Of a stretch of 64,000 bases of DNA, positions 9,853 to 20,342 are shown piece by piece. How positions within the stretch are numbered: the stretch's first letter is position 1; every line of letters begins with the position of its first letter. This DNA comes from Gammaproteobacteria bacterium (GTDB lineage: Bacteria > Pseudomonadota > Gammaproteobacteria > Natronospirales > DASSBR01). The stretch spans positions 2,284 to 66,283 of the forward strand of contig DASSNT010000032.1 in NCBI GenBank assembly GCA_035701285.1, written 5' to 3'. The notes under the pieces are model-generated. The model worked only from the letters and a program-made list of their open reading frames with translations. It searched no databases and was not told where the DNA came from. Position numbers and translations under genes: made by a program.

Positions 9853-9881
9853 ATTAAAACAGCCGGCAGGCTTCGTGTCAA
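9853..9881 (-). promoter_or_regulatory. Candidate sigma-70 promoter for tRNA-Leu(CAG)
   Basis: On the minus strand: TTGACA (9881-9876), a 17-nt spacer, then TTTAAT (9858-9853). It lies about 40 nt upstream of the tRNA 5' end. Confidence 0.45.
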
Positions 9882-9921
9882 TGGCCGGGCGCATTTCCGA
9901 CAACTATTTTCAAGAGATTTC

Positions 9922-12132
9922 ATGGCGAAAAAGAAGAACTGGCGCAACGCCGATCCGCACGCTGAACGCGAGGCCCGCAAATACGAGCGGCCCATCCCCA
10001 GCCGGGAGGTCATCCTCGATCTGCTTGAGGATCTGGGCGCGCCGGCCAATTTCGGACAGATCGCGAAAGCGCTCGATTTGTCGGATGAGGTCGATCGCCG
10101 CGCGCTCGACCGCCGGCTCGGCGCGATGGTGCGCGACGGGCAGATTCTGCGCAATCGGCGCGGCGACTATTGCTTGACCCGCCATTTACCGGTGGTGGCC
10201 GGGACGGTGATCGGTCATCGCGACGGCTTCGGTTTTCTGCGTCCTGACGAAGACGGCGAGGACGTATTTTTGCCGCCAGGCCAGATGCGCGAGCTGATGG
10301 ATGGCGACCGCGCCCTGGTCCGGGTTAGCGCGGAAGACCAGCGCGGCCGGCGCGAGGGCCGGCTGGTGGATGTACTGGAGCGTCGACCGGCCGAACTGGC
10401 GGGGCGTTATTTTGAAGAGCAGGGCATCGGTTTTGTTCACCCGGACCATCCGCGTCTGCACCACGACATACTGGTTCCGCGTGAGCGGCGCGGAAAGGCG
10501 CGTTCGGGCGAAATGGTGCGTATCGAGCTGGTTGAATATCCGAGCCGGCATACCCAGCCGATCGGGCAGGTCGTCGAGGTGCTCGGCGATCAGCGTGCGC
10601 CCGGTATCGAGATCGAGCTGGCGATCAGCGCCCACGGCCTGCCGCACGAGTGGCCCGACGCGGCGCTGGCGGAGGCGGAAGCTTACGGTGACGAAATCCC
10701 CCGCGATGCCGTTTCAGGGCGTCTTGATCTGCGCGAGCTGGAGCTGGTGACGATCGACGGCGAGGATGCGCGCGACTTCGACGACGCTGTGTATTGCGAG
10801 CCGGTTCAGCAGGGCTGGAAGCTGCTCGTGGCGATTGCCGACGTCAGCCACTACGTCACGCCGGGCAGCGCGCTCGACGATGAAGCGGAATTCCGCGGCA
10901 CGTCGGTGTATTTCCCTGACCGCGTGATTCCGATGCTGCCGGAGGCGCTGTCGAACGGCTTGTGTTCGCTGAACCCGGACGTGGATCGCTTGTGCATGAT
11001 CTGCGAGATGCACATCGATCGCGTCGGCAAAATTACCCGCGCGGCGTTCCACAAGGGCGTGATGCGCTCGGCCGCCCGGTTGACCTACGCCGAAGTCGCG
11101 GCGGTGATTGCCGGCGACAAGGCCGCGCGCCGGCGCCGCGAAGCCCTGATTGGCCGCATCGAGACGCTGCACGACCTGTACCGGGCGCTCCGCAAGGCGC
11201 GCGACGCGCGCGGCGCGATCGACTTTGAAACCACCGAAACGCGCATTATTTTCGACGCCGAGCGCAAGATCACTTTGATCGAGCCGACGCAGCGCAACGA
11301 CGCGCACAAGCTGATCGAAGAATGCATGATCGCCGCGAATGTCGCGGCCGCCAAGTTTCTCAAGAAGCACAAGATGCCGGCGCTGTATCGCGTTCATGAC
11401 GGGCCGAACGAGGAAAAGCTGACCCAGTTGCGCGACTTTCTCGGCACGCTCGGCTTGAGCCTCGGTGGCGGCGACAGCCCGGAGCCGATGCATTACGCCA
11501 AGCTGCTGGAAAAGATCGGCGGGCGCGACGACGCGCACCTGATTCAGACGGTGCTGTTACGCTCACTGTCGCAGGCGGTGTACAGTCCGCGGCTCGACGG
11601 GCACTTTGGCCTCGGCCTCGAATCTTACGCGCACTTCACGTCGCCGATCCGCCGCTACCCGGATTTGCTGGTACACCGCGCGATCGGCCATGTGCTCGAC
11701 GGTGGCGGGCCATCTGATTTCCGTTACGGTTTCCGCGACATGGAGCGCCTTGGCCGGCATTGCTCGGAGACCGAGCGGCGTGCCGACGAGGCGACCCGCG
11801 ACGCGGTGTCATGGCTCAAGGCCGAGTTCATGCTCAACAAGGTCGGCGAGGAATTCGACGGCCTGATCACCGGCGTCACCTCGTTCGGCTTGTTCGTCGA
11901 ACTCAAAGGCTTGTTCGTCGAAGGTCTGGCGCACGTGTCGTCGCTCAGTAACGACTATTATCGCCACGATCCGGTACGTCACCGGCTGGTCGGTGAACGC
12001 AGCGGCCAGGTCTATCAGCTCGGCGACGCGCTGCGAGTCCGCGTGCTGCGCGTGAGCCTGGACGATCGCAAGATCGACTTCGAGCCGGTCGGCAAGGCGC
12101 CGACCGCTCGCAAGCGCCACCGGCGGCGTTAG
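9922..12132 (+). CDS. rnr: Ribonuclease R
   Basis: RNB catalytic domain (EDARDFDDAVYCE, HFGL...YAHFTSPIRRYPDL), a C-terminal S1 domain and a basic tail. The start is set at ATG 9922 (MAKKKNW) because the longer ORF begins only 13 nt from the divergent tRNA (9829 vs 9816) and would run across its predicted promoter. Confidence 0.9.
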   Translation: MAKKKNWRNADPHAEREARKYERPIPSREVILDLLEDLGAPANFGQIAKALDLSDEVDRRALDRRLGAMVRDGQILRNRRGDYCLTRHLPVVAGTVIGHRDGFGFLRPDEDGEDVFLPPGQMRELMDGDRALVRVSAEDQRGRREGRLVDVLERRPAELAGRYFEEQGIGFVHPDHPRLHHDILVPRERRGKARSGEMVRIELVEYPSRHTQPIGQVVEVLGDQRAPGIEIELAISAHGLPHEWPDAALAEAEAYGDEIPRDAVSGRLDLRELELVTIDGEDARDFDDAVYCEPVQQGWKLLVAIADVSHYVTPGSALDDEAEFRGTSVYFPDRVIPMLPEALSNGLCSLNPDVDRLCMICEMHIDRVGKITRAAFHKGVMRSAARLTYAEVAAVIAGDKAARRRREALIGRIETLHDLYRALRKARDARGAIDFETTETRIIFDAERKITLIEPTQRNDAHKLIEECMIAANVAAAKFLKKHKMPALYRVHDGPNEEKLTQLRDFLGTLGLSLGGGDSPEPMHYAKLLEKIGGRDDAHLIQTVLLRSLSQAVYSPRLDGHFGLGLESYAHFTSPIRRYPDLLVHRAIGHVLDGGGPSDFRYGFRDMERLGRHCSETERRADEATRDAVSWLKAEFMLNKVGEEFDGLITGVTSFGLFVELKGLFVEGLAHVSSLSNDYYRHDPVRHRLVGERSGQVYQLGDALRVRVLRVSLDDRKIDFEPVGKAPTARKRHRRR

Positions 12133-12134
12133 CG

Positions 12135-12872
12135 ATGAATAATTCGATCGTATATGGCATCCATGCCGTGGAGGCCGCGCTCAAGCGTGGCGCGATCAAC
12201 CGCGTATGGCTGTTGCGCGGGCGGGGCGACCGTCGGTTGGAGACTCTGGCCTCCGAAGCGTCAAACCAGAACGTGATGCTGGAACGCATGACGCGCGATG
12301 AGCTGGACCGGCTGGCCGGGGCGGTGGCGCATCAGGGGGCGGTGGCCGAGGTGCGCGCCGCGGCGCCGGGCGATGAGCAAACGCTAGAGGCGTTGCTGGA
12401 CGAGCTGACCGAGCCGCCGTTTCTGCTGGTGCTGGACGGCGTTCAGGACCCGCACAATCTCGGCGCCTGCCTGCGCAGCGCTGCGGCAGCCGGGGTGCAT
12501 GCGTTGATCGCGCCGAAGGACCGCGCGGCATCATTGACGCCGGCGGCACGCAAGGTTGCCAGCGGTGCCGCAGAAATCGTACCGTTCGTGCAGGTGACCA
12601 ATCTCGCGCGCACATTGCGGGGCCTGAAAGAACGCGGTATCTGGACTGTCGGCCTCGCCGGCGAAGCGGATCAGCCGTTATACGATTTCGAACTGGCGGG
12701 CCCGCTTGCGCTGGTGCTGGGTGCGGAGGGCACCGGTCTGCGCCGCCTGACCAAGGAACACTGCGACTTTCTGGCGCGCATCCCGATGACTGATGCGGTC
12801 GCGAGTCTGAATGTGTCGGTGTCCGCCGGCGTTGCACTGTTCGAAGCAGTGCGGCAGCGGCGCGTTGCTTAA
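12135..12872 (+). CDS. rlmB: 23S rRNA (Gm2251) 2'-O-methyltransferase RlmB (SpoU/TrmH family)
   Basis: 245 aa. SpoU motifs (LVLDGVQDPHNLGACLRSAAAAG, LVLGAEGTGL, IPM...SLNVSVSAG). rnr-rlmB synteny as in E. coli. Confidence 0.9.
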   Translation: MNNSIVYGIHAVEAALKRGAINRVWLLRGRGDRRLETLASEASNQNVMLERMTRDELDRLAGAVAHQGAVAEVRAAAPGDEQTLEALLDELTEPPFLLVLDGVQDPHNLGACLRSAAAAGVHALIAPKDRAASLTPAARKVASGAAEIVPFVQVTNLARTLRGLKERGIWTVGLAGEADQPLYDFELAGPLALVLGAEGTGLRRLTKEHCDFLARIPMTDAVASLNVSVSAGVALFEAVRQRRVA

Positions 12873-12894
12873 CATGCATAACTGAGGACAAGTC

Positions 12895-13590
12895 GTGCTA
12901 TTTCGCCAACTCTTCGACAAAACGTCGAGCACCTATACCTATCTGCTTGCCGACCGGCCGGGCGGCGAGGCGCTGCTGATCGATCCGGTGCTGGACCAGG
13001 CGGAAAGCTACGACCGGCTGCTGGCCGAGCTGGGGGTGAAGCTGGTGGTGGCGCTCGATACGCATACCCATGCGGATCATGTGACGGCGACCGGGCGGCT
13101 GGCGGACACGAGCGGCGCGCGCATCGTGACGGGCGAGCGCGGCCGCGCGGAGTGCGTGACCGAGCGGTTGCGCGACGGGGAGGTGTTGCGCGTCGGCCGG
13201 CTTGCGCTGGAAGCGGTTTATACGCCCGGGCATACCGACGATTCCTACAGCTATCGGATGCGGGATCGTATTTTTACCGGCGACACGTTGTTGATCCGCG
13301 GCACCGGTCGCACCGACTTCCAGAACGGTGATTCGTTCGCCGCCTATGACAGCCTGTTCAACAAGCTGCTGAAGCTGCCGGAAGCGACTCTCGTTTACCC
13401 CGCGCACGACTACAAAGGCTGGACCGTCAGCACGATCGGCGAGGAGCGGGCGCACAATCCACGTCTCCAGGTGGCGTCGGCCGAGGAGTACGCCGAACTG
13501 ATGGGAAATCTGAACCTGCCTCATCCGCGGATGATCGATCAGGCGGTCCCGGCCAACCTGCGTTGCGGCCGGGACGCGGTGACTGCCTGA
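12895..13590 (+). CDS. MBL-fold metallo-hydrolase, ETHE1/persulfide-dioxygenase-like
   Basis: 231 aa. LFRQLFDKTSSTYTYLLAD at the N-terminus and the DTHTHADH metal motif. Confidence 0.75.
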   Translation: MLFRQLFDKTSSTYTYLLADRPGGEALLIDPVLDQAESYDRLLAELGVKLVVALDTHTHADHVTATGRLADTSGARIVTGERGRAECVTERLRDGEVLRVGRLALEAVYTPGHTDDSYSYRMRDRIFTGDTLLIRGTGRTDFQNGDSFAAYDSLFNKLLKLPEATLVYPAHDYKGWTVSTIGEERAHNPRLQVASAEEYAELMGNLNLPHPRMIDQAVPANLRCGRDAVTA

Positions 13591-13645
13591 TACGGCGGCT
13601 GCTATCATTCGGCTTTCACAGAACATTAACCAACAAGGAGCCGTC

Positions 13646-13945
13646 ATGCCGCCAAAAATCACCGGTTCGGCGCTGATTCTTATTGCGCTTGTCGCATTGT
13701 CGGGCTGCTCGTCCGAGCCCTATCGTCCCGGTATGGACGCGCAGTGCCGCAGCGGATTGAGCGCGGCCTATGATGAGTTGAGCTTTGCCAAGTCCAGGGG
13801 TTTCGGCGGCACGGTGGACTACGCCAAGGCGGCGGCGCTGCTGAGCGCGGCAAAGATTCAGCAGCAATTCGACGAGTACGACAACTGTGTCGAAAAGGTA
13901 AGGGCCGCGCGGCGCTTCATCGAGGAATCGCAGGAGGCGCATTGA
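13646..13945 (+). CDS. Small lipoprotein, unknown function
   Basis: 99 aa with a lipobox (LVALSGC-SS). Confidence 0.5.
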   Translation: MPPKITGSALILIALVALSGCSSEPYRPGMDAQCRSGLSAAYDELSFAKSRGFGGTVDYAKAAALLSAAKIQQQFDEYDNCVEKVRAARRFIEESQEAH

Positions 13946-13964
13946 GCGCCATGATTACCGGTCC

Positions 13965-15221
13965 ATGGACGGGCCGATGCCACGGTTAACGTTCAGAGAG
14001 ATACACCCGACGACCCGAAGACTGCTTGCCTCGCGTTTCGCGCGCAGCGCGGGGCAGGGGGTGCTGATTGTCGATCTCGCGCTTTATCTGCACGCGCTCG
14101 GCTGGAGCGGCGCGGCGATCGGCGCCACATTGAGCGGCGCCGGGTTCTTCGCCGCCTTCGGCAGCATCACCATCGGCGTCGTCACCGACCGGCTGCGGCG
14201 CAAGCCGTTTCTGATCTATAACGAAGGCCTCACGCTGATCTGTGGGCTCCTGCTGTTGTTCGCGCGTCAGCCATGGGTGCTGATCGTCGCAATTATCCTG
14301 GCCGGTTTCGGGCGTGGGCAGACCGGCTCGGCAGGGCCGTTTTCGCCCGCCGAACAAGCCTGGCTGGCCGAGGCGGTGACGCCGGAGCGGCGCGGGCGCA
14401 TCTACAGCCTGAACGCCGCGCTTGGGTTCTTCGGCATGGCCATCGGCGCGGGCCTGGCAATGCTGCCGTTCGTATGGCGCGACGCGCTCGGCGAGGCGGG
14501 GTCATACCGGCCGCTGTTCGGCATTATCGTCATCGGCGCGGCGGTTAACTTGTGGCTGCTTGGCGGCGCCTCCGAATCGGTACGCGCGGCGGCGAAGCGC
14601 AGGCAGCGCGAACAGACGCTGCAGCGACGCGGCAGCCCGGAGCAGCGGCGCGAAAACCGCATCCTGATCCGGCTGGTGCAAATGAACGCCGCGAACGGGC
14701 TGGCCATTGGCCTGACGAGCCCGTTGATCAGCTATTGGTTCGCGTTGAAATTCGGCGTCGGGCCGGAGGCGATCGCGCCGGTCATGGCGCTGGCCTTCGC
14801 CAGCGCCGGCATCGCGTCGATGATGACCGGCCGGCTGACGGACTGGCTCGGGCTGGTGCGGTCCGTCGTCGTGACGCGCGGCATTGGTGTCGTGTTGCTT
14901 GGCGTGCTGCCGCTGAGCCCGTTTTTTCTGCTCGCGGCGCTGATTTACCTGCTGCGACTGGCTTCCAGCGGCGGCTCGCTGGGCGCGCGCTGGGCGCAGG
15001 TGGTGTCGCTGGTCGGGGATGAGCGCCGCGGGCTGGCGACCAGCGCCAATGCGGCCTCGTTCCAGATTCCGCAGGCGGTCGGCCCGGCGATTGCCGGCAC
15101 CCTGATTGGTGCCGGCTGGTTTGCGGTGCCGTTCTACGCCGGCGCGGTGCTGCAGGGGGTTTACGTCACCGCGTACGGGCGCGTCTTCGGGCGCTGGGAA
15201 CGCGAAAATGCGGCGCGCTAA
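13965..15221 (+). CDS. MFS transporter
   Basis: 418 aa, with multiple hydrophobic helices and the MFS loop motif (DRLRRKP). Confidence 0.8.
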   Translation: MDGPMPRLTFREIHPTTRRLLASRFARSAGQGVLIVDLALYLHALGWSGAAIGATLSGAGFFAAFGSITIGVVTDRLRRKPFLIYNEGLTLICGLLLLFARQPWVLIVAIILAGFGRGQTGSAGPFSPAEQAWLAEAVTPERRGRIYSLNAALGFFGMAIGAGLAMLPFVWRDALGEAGSYRPLFGIIVIGAAVNLWLLGGASESVRAAAKRRQREQTLQRRGSPEQRRENRILIRLVQMNAANGLAIGLTSPLISYWFALKFGVGPEAIAPVMALAFASAGIASMMTGRLTDWLGLVRSVVVTRGIGVVLLGVLPLSPFFLLAALIYLLRLASSGGSLGARWAQVVSLVGDERRGLATSANAASFQIPQAVGPAIAGTLIGAGWFAVPFYAGAVLQGVYVTAYGRVFGRWERENAAR

Positions 15222-15252
15222 AGCGCTCTGAAGAGTGCTTGTGACAGAGCCG

Positions 15253-16176
15253 TTAGTCGAAGTCCGCCGTTGTCGTTTCGTTCGCCGTGACGCTTACCGT
15301 TTTCGTTGCCGAGAAGTTCAGCGTGTCGGCCTGGCCGGGCGCATCGAGCTTGGCGCAGGTGACGGTCAGCGTGTATTCGCCTTCGGTGAGGAAGCCGATC
15401 TCGTAGTCATACGCGCCGGTGGTATTATTCAGCGTCAGCATTGAGCTTGCGAGGGGCTGCCCATCCGTTGTGTCCGCGCTGGTGTCCACGTCCGCCGGAA
15501 TCGCGTTGGCGCCAGCATAGGCGTAGACAGTCGGTCCACATGTGGCATCGGCAATCGAGAGCGTGCCGATGGACAGGGTGTTCGCGACTGAACCCTCTAT
15601 GGTGCCGACCTCGACGTTGTTGATCAGGCGCAGCGCGGGCCGCAGCTTGTAAGCAGTCGAAGCATCGGCCGGCGCATTGATCGACTTGCGCAGGTCGAAA
15701 TCAATGGTGAAATCGGCCGCGCCGCCTGCCGGTATCGTGATGCCGCTGACCAGCTTCAGGCCGCTTTCGGCGCCGCTGGGGATGACCAGGTCATGGCGCG
15801 AACCGTCGTCAAGCGTGATGTACGATTGACCGGCATCGACGTCCAGTCGAATCCACTGGTAGTTGCCCGCGTCGAGTGTTGCGCCGTCCAGCAGCACCGC
15901 CGCGTTCGAACCCTGGTACTTCAGCAGATCAATGGTTTTCGGCGAGTCGAAATCGAACGCCTTCGTGCCGCGGGGGCCGTGGATCTCGATGCCGGTGAAG
16001 GCAATCACGACAGCCTGGGCGCTGTCGATCGGCGCATCGGTGACCGCCAGATTCAACGTGCCCGTTTGCGGCGCCGACGTTGTATCGCTATCGGAGCCGT
16101 TACAGGCGGCCAGGGTCAGCGCCAGTGCGCACAGCAAAACGTTCGGCAGCAGCCGGGCAAGGAAGGTCCGGGTCAT
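15253..16176 (-). CDS. DUF4382-like lipoprotein
   Basis: Lipobox LTLAACNGS, then LNLAVTDAPIDSAQAVVIAFTGIEIHG, typical of DUF4382. The start is set at the internal ATG (16176), which has GGGAGA upstream. Confidence 0.7.
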   Translation of the reverse strand: MTRTFLARLLPNVLLCALALTLAACNGSDSDTTSAPQTGTLNLAVTDAPIDSAQAVVIAFTGIEIHGPRGTKAFDFDSPKTIDLLKYQGSNAAVLLDGATLDAGNYQWIRLDVDAGQSYITLDDGSRHDLVIPSGAESGLKLVSGITIPAGGAADFTIDFDLRKSINAPADASTAYKLRPALRLINNVEVGTIEGSVANTLSIGTLSIADATCGPTVYAYAGANAIPADVDTSADTTDGQPLASSMLTLNNTTGAYDYEIGFLTEGEYTLTVTCAKLDAPGQADTLNFSATKTVSVTANETTTADFD

Positions 16177-16263
16177 TATGTTCTCCCACGTGTGATTGTT
16201 GCGGGAGTTTAGCAACGCCCGGCGCCTCTTTCGTGACGCCCATCACGTTTTTCTGCCCTTGCG

Positions 16264-17799
16264 TCAGCTCATGTTCGCGGGCGATGAGTATGCCGGCAAC
16301 ACTTGGGCTAACGCACCCTGCTTGATCAACGCGGCCAGCGTTTCGATGTCCTTGTCGAGGCGCCGGTCGCCATCGTGCGCCTGCACATGTCCGCGTACCA
16401 GCGCGTGCAGGGCCTCGAGTGGCTCCGTCGTTTTCAGCGGACGCTGCACGTCGATCGCCGCGGCGGCAGCCAGCAGTTCTACCGCCAGAATGCGCGCGAC
16501 GTTGTCGGCGATCCGGTTCAGCTTGATGCCGGCCCACGGCGCCATGCTGACATGATCTTCCTGTCCGGCGGACGTCGAGATGCTGTCGACGCTGGCCGGA
16601 TGCGCGAGCGTCTTGTTTTCGGAAGCCAGGGCCGCGGCGGTGACATGCGCGATCATGAAGCCGGATTCGAGTCCCGGTTCGACCGTCAGGAACATCGACA
16701 GTTTCGGGTTGACCTGGCGCACCAGCAGGTCGCTGCGGCGCTCTGAAATGCCGCCGATTTCGGACGCGGCAATCGCCATGAAGTCGGACAGCATAGCGAT
16801 CGGCTCCGCGTGGAAGTTGCCGCCGGAGAGGACGTCGCCGTCGAAGATCAGCGGGTTGTCCGACACGCTGTTGGCTTCCAGCGCCAGCTTGTCCGCCGCG
16901 TGCGCGAGCGTATCGCGCACCGCGCCCAGCACCTGCGGCATACACCGCACCGAATACGGATCCTGAACGCGGCCGCAATCGCGATGGCTGTTCCAGATGT
17001 CGCTGCCGGTCAGCAGCGAGCGGAACTGTTTGGCGACGGCAATCTGTCCCGGCATCCGGCGCACCGCGTGGATGCGCGCATCGAATGGCGCGTAGCTGCC
17101 GGCAAGCGCTTCAACCGTCAGCGAACCGATCGCGATAGTCGCGGCAAGCAACTTGTCGACCTGCAGCAGACCTTCGATCGCCAGCGCCGCGCTGACCTGC
17201 GTGCCGTTCAGCAGTGCGAGGCCTTCCTTCGCCTGCAGTTGCGCAGGCTCACGGCCGGCGGCTTCGAGCACGTGCGGGCCGCTCAGAATTTGCCCGTTGT
17301 GATGCGCTTCGCCTTCGCCGATCAGCGCCAGTGCCAGGTGGGCGAGCGGCGCCAGATCGCCCGACGCGCCGACGGAGCCGCGGCTCGGGATCACCGGGAC
17401 GATGTTCGCGTTCAGCAACGCGAGCAGGGTGTCGACCACATCGGGCCGAATGCCCGACGCACCGACGGCGAGGCTGTTGGCTTTGAGAAGCATGATTCGG
17501 CGCACAACGTTGTCCGCGAACGGCTCGCCGACGCCGGCGGAATGGCTGCGCACCAGGTTGTATTGCAGGTCGATAACCTTGTCCGGTTCGATGCGCTGGC
17601 TCGCGAAAGCGCCGAAGCCGGTATTGATCCCGTAGCTGACCCGGCCGGTGCGCGCCACTTCCGACACGGTCGCAAGCGACCCCTGCATCTGTTCGCGCGC
17701 CTGGTCGCTGAGCACGACTTGCGGACGTTGTTGTTCGAAGGCGGCGACATCCTGCAAGGTCAAGTCGTGGCCGGTGAGGTGCAGAGTGGTTTGTGTCAT
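16264..17799 (-). CDS. hutH: Histidine ammonia-lyase
   Basis: 511 aa. MIO-forming GSVGASGDLAPLAHL motif. Confidence 0.95.
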   Translation of the reverse strand: MTQTTLHLTGHDLTLQDVAAFEQQRPQVVLSDQAREQMQGSLATVSEVARTGRVSYGINTGFGAFASQRIEPDKVIDLQYNLVRSHSAGVGEPFADNVVRRIMLLKANSLAVGASGIRPDVVDTLLALLNANIVPVIPSRGSVGASGDLAPLAHLALALIGEGEAHHNGQILSGPHVLEAAGREPAQLQAKEGLALLNGTQVSAALAIEGLLQVDKLLAATIAIGSLTVEALAGSYAPFDARIHAVRRMPGQIAVAKQFRSLLTGSDIWNSHRDCGRVQDPYSVRCMPQVLGAVRDTLAHAADKLALEANSVSDNPLIFDGDVLSGGNFHAEPIAMLSDFMAIAASEIGGISERRSDLLVRQVNPKLSMFLTVEPGLESGFMIAHVTAAALASENKTLAHPASVDSISTSAGQEDHVSMAPWAGIKLNRIADNVARILAVELLAAAAAIDVQRPLKTTEPLEALHALVRGHVQAHDGDRRLDKDIETLAALIKQGALAQVLPAYSSPANMS

Positions 17800-17811
17800 G
17801 AGTGAAAAAGG

Positions 17812-18999
17812 CTAAGAGTTGATCATCCGGCCGCGGTAATACACCGCGTCCGGTTTGAGGCCGCCTAACTGGTAACAAAGCATTTCCGGCGCCGGCAGAT
17901 CCCAGAGCGTGAAGTTGGCCTGTGTGCCGTGTTGCAGCATCCCGATGTCGTCCCGGCCGAGCGCGCGTGCGGCGTGGCTGGTAACTCCCTGCAGGGTTTC
18001 TTCCGGCGTCAGGCCGAAGAAGATTCCGGCCATGTGCATGATGGCTAGCAGGCTCGCCACCGGTGAGGAGCCGGGGTTGACGTCGGTCGCCAGCGCGATC
18101 GGCACGCCGTGGCGGCGGAACAGTTCGATCGGCGGTTTGCGCGTTTCACGCAGAAAATAGAACGCGCCCGGCAGCAGCACCGCAACCGTTCCCGCGTCAG
18201 CCATCGCCTCGACATCACGCTCTTCGGCGTACTCCAGGTGATCGCAGGACAGTGCGCCGAGTTCGGCCGCGCGCCGGGTCGCGCCGAAGTTCGAAAGCTG
18301 GTCGGTGTGCGCGCGCAGTCGCAAGCCAAGTTTGTCGGCGCGGTTCGCCAGTAGTGCAAGGTCGTCGCAATCGAAGGCGATGTTTTCGCAGAAAATATCG
18401 GCGGTATCGGCCAGGCCCGCCTCAGCGACCGCCGGCAGCATGTCGTCCACCACATGGCGCATGTAGGTTTGGCGGTCGCCGTCCTTCGGAATGCTGTGGG
18501 CGCCGAGAAACGTCGGCACGATGTCCATGTCGATTTCGCCGCGCAGCGCACCGATCGCGCGCAGCATTTTCATTTCGTCCTCGAACGTCAGGCCGTAGCC
18601 GCTTTTGATTTCGCAGGTTGTGAGACCTTCCGCCCGCAAGGCATGCAGGCGAGGCAGGGTGGCGGCGACCAGGTCTTCTTCGCTGGCCGCGCGCACGGCG
18701 CGGACGGTCGATAAAATACCGCCGCCCGCACGAGCGATGTCGGCATAGCTCGCCCCACGCAGTTTGGCTGCATGTTCGGCCATGCGTTCGCCGGCGTACA
18801 GCGCATGCGTATGGCAGTCGATGAAGCCGGGCAGCATGATACGATTCCCGGCATCGAAAACTTCCGCCGCTGGCGCGTCTGCGGGCGGATCGAATGCCGC
18901 GATTTTGCCGTTTGCTATCGCGATACTGCGAAAGCCAGCCTGTGCCGCGCCGTCCGTCATCGGGTAGATGCGGGCGTTGTTGATAATTAGGTCGTACAC
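17812..18999 (-). CDS. hutI: Imidazolonepropionase
   Basis: 395 aa. Amidohydrolase fold (PGFIDCHTH) with full-length HutI-like sequence. Confidence 0.9.
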   Translation of the reverse strand: MYDLIINNARIYPMTDGAAQAGFRSIAIANGKIAAFDPPADAPAAEVFDAGNRIMLPGFIDCHTHALYAGERMAEHAAKLRGASYADIARAGGGILSTVRAVRAASEEDLVAATLPRLHALRAEGLTTCEIKSGYGLTFEDEMKMLRAIGALRGEIDMDIVPTFLGAHSIPKDGDRQTYMRHVVDDMLPAVAEAGLADTADIFCENIAFDCDDLALLANRADKLGLRLRAHTDQLSNFGATRRAAELGALSCDHLEYAEERDVEAMADAGTVAVLLPGAFYFLRETRKPPIELFRRHGVPIALATDVNPGSSPVASLLAIMHMAGIFFGLTPEETLQGVTSHAARALGRDDIGMLQHGTQANFTLWDLPAPEMLCYQLGGLKPDAVYYRGRMINS

Positions 19000-19019
19000 G
19001 GGCGGCTAGGATACACAGA

Positions 19020-20342
19020 ATGACAAACAGACTCACCTTTCAGTACCTGCTGACGCCAGCCGGAATGGAGCGCGATCGCACGCTGGAACTCAGTGAGGCC
19101 GGCACGATCACGGCGATCGGACCGGCGGCCGGCCCGGCGGACGGCTTCCTGGCGCTGCCCGGCATGCCTAACGCACACAGCCATGCCTTTCAGCGTGCGC
19201 TGGCGGGATCTGCCGAGGCGCGCCTGGGCGAGGATTCGTTCTGGAGCTGGCGCGAAGCGATGTACCGGCTCGCCAACCGGGTAACGCCGGACGACATGCT
19301 CGTGATCGCGCGCCAGGCATTTGCCGATATGCTGCGCGGTGGGTACACCACCGTCGCGGAGTTTCATTATCTTCACGGGCTGCCGGACGGCCGCTGCGGC
19401 GCCGCGATGGCGGACGCGGTTATCGAGGCTGCCGCCGAGATGGGTATCCGGCTCACCCTGTTGCCGGTGTTCTACCAGGCCGGCGGTTTCGATGCGGCTC
19501 CGCAACCGGAGCAGCGCCGTTTCGTGCATGAATCGCTCGACGATTATCTGGGGTTGCTTGAAGATCTGCGCGGCAAAACGGCGCTGGGCGTGGCGCCGCA
19601 TTCACTGCGTGCGGTGCCGGCGGCGCAATTGCCGGCGCTGACGGACACCGCCCGCGAACTGTTGGGGGCGGACTGCCCGATTCACATTCATATCAGCGAG
19701 CAGACAGGCGAGGTGGACCAGTGCCGCGAGCGCCACGGGGCGACGCCTGTTGAATGGCTGGCACAGCATGTGGCGCTGGATCGGAACTGGAACCTGGTGC
19801 ACGCGACGCATGCCACTGCCGAAGAGCGCCGGCTGATTCAGGAACATGGCGCGAACGTGGTTCTGTGTCCGTTAACGGAAGCGTATCTCGGCGATGGTCT
19901 CTTCGCCGCCGGCGGGTTCGACGGGCGCATCGCGATCGGGTCCGACAGCAATATCCGGGCCGACGCCATCGAGGAGCTGCGCTGGCTGGAGTTCGGTCAG
20001 CGCCTGGCAGACCGCAAGCGGGCGCGGCTGGCGACGTCACAGGGACTGGGCGTGCCGCTCTGGTCGGCGGCAGCGCAAGGTGGCGCCGCGGCGGCCGGCG
20101 GCGTCGGCGGGGCTATCGAGATAGGCAAACCGGCCGACCTTGTCGTGCTGGGCGCCGATTCACCGGCACTCGCGGGGCATGACGACGCGACGCTGCTGGA
20201 CGCGCTGCTGATCGGCGGCAGCCGGGCTGATATCGCTACGGTTTACGTGGGCGGGCGGAAGCGGGTCGAACGAGGCGCGCTGGCGGGACAGGCCGATCCG
20301 TTGCCTGACTTCGACGCGGCGGTCCGGCGCCTGCTTCAGTAG
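19020..20342 (+). CDS. hutF: Formimidoylglutamate deiminase
   Basis: 440 aa. LPGMPNAHSHAFQR and HISEQ motifs of the HutF/guanine-deaminase-like amidohydrolases. Confidence 0.85.
   Translation: MTNRLTFQYLLTPAGMERDRTLELSEAGTITAIGPAAGPADGFLALPGMPNAHSHAFQRALAGSAEARLGEDSFWSWREAMYRLANRVTPDDMLVIARQAFADMLRGGYTTVAEFHYLHGLPDGRCGAAMADAVIEAAAEMGIRLTLLPVFYQAGGFDAAPQPEQRRFVHESLDDYLGLLEDLRGKTALGVAPHSLRAVPAAQLPALTDTARELLGADCPIHIHISEQTGEVDQCRERHGATPVEWLAQHVALDRNWNLVHATHATAEERRLIQEHGANVVLCPLTEAYLGDGLFAAGGFDGRIAIGSDSNIRADAIEELRWLEFGQRLADRKRARLATSQGLGVPLWSAAAQGGAAAAGGVGGAIEIGKPADLVVLGADSPALAGHDDATLLDALLIGGSRADIATVYVGGRKRVERGALAGQADPLPDFDAAVRRLLQ

Noticed and set aside
16216-16263. CGTGACGCCCATCACG followed by TTTTT, which looks like a rho-independent terminator on the plus strand.
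   Set aside because: Both flanking genes (hutH and the DUF4382 gene) are on the minus strand. In that orientation the hairpin is followed by AAAGAGG rather than a U-tract, so a terminator role is unsupported.
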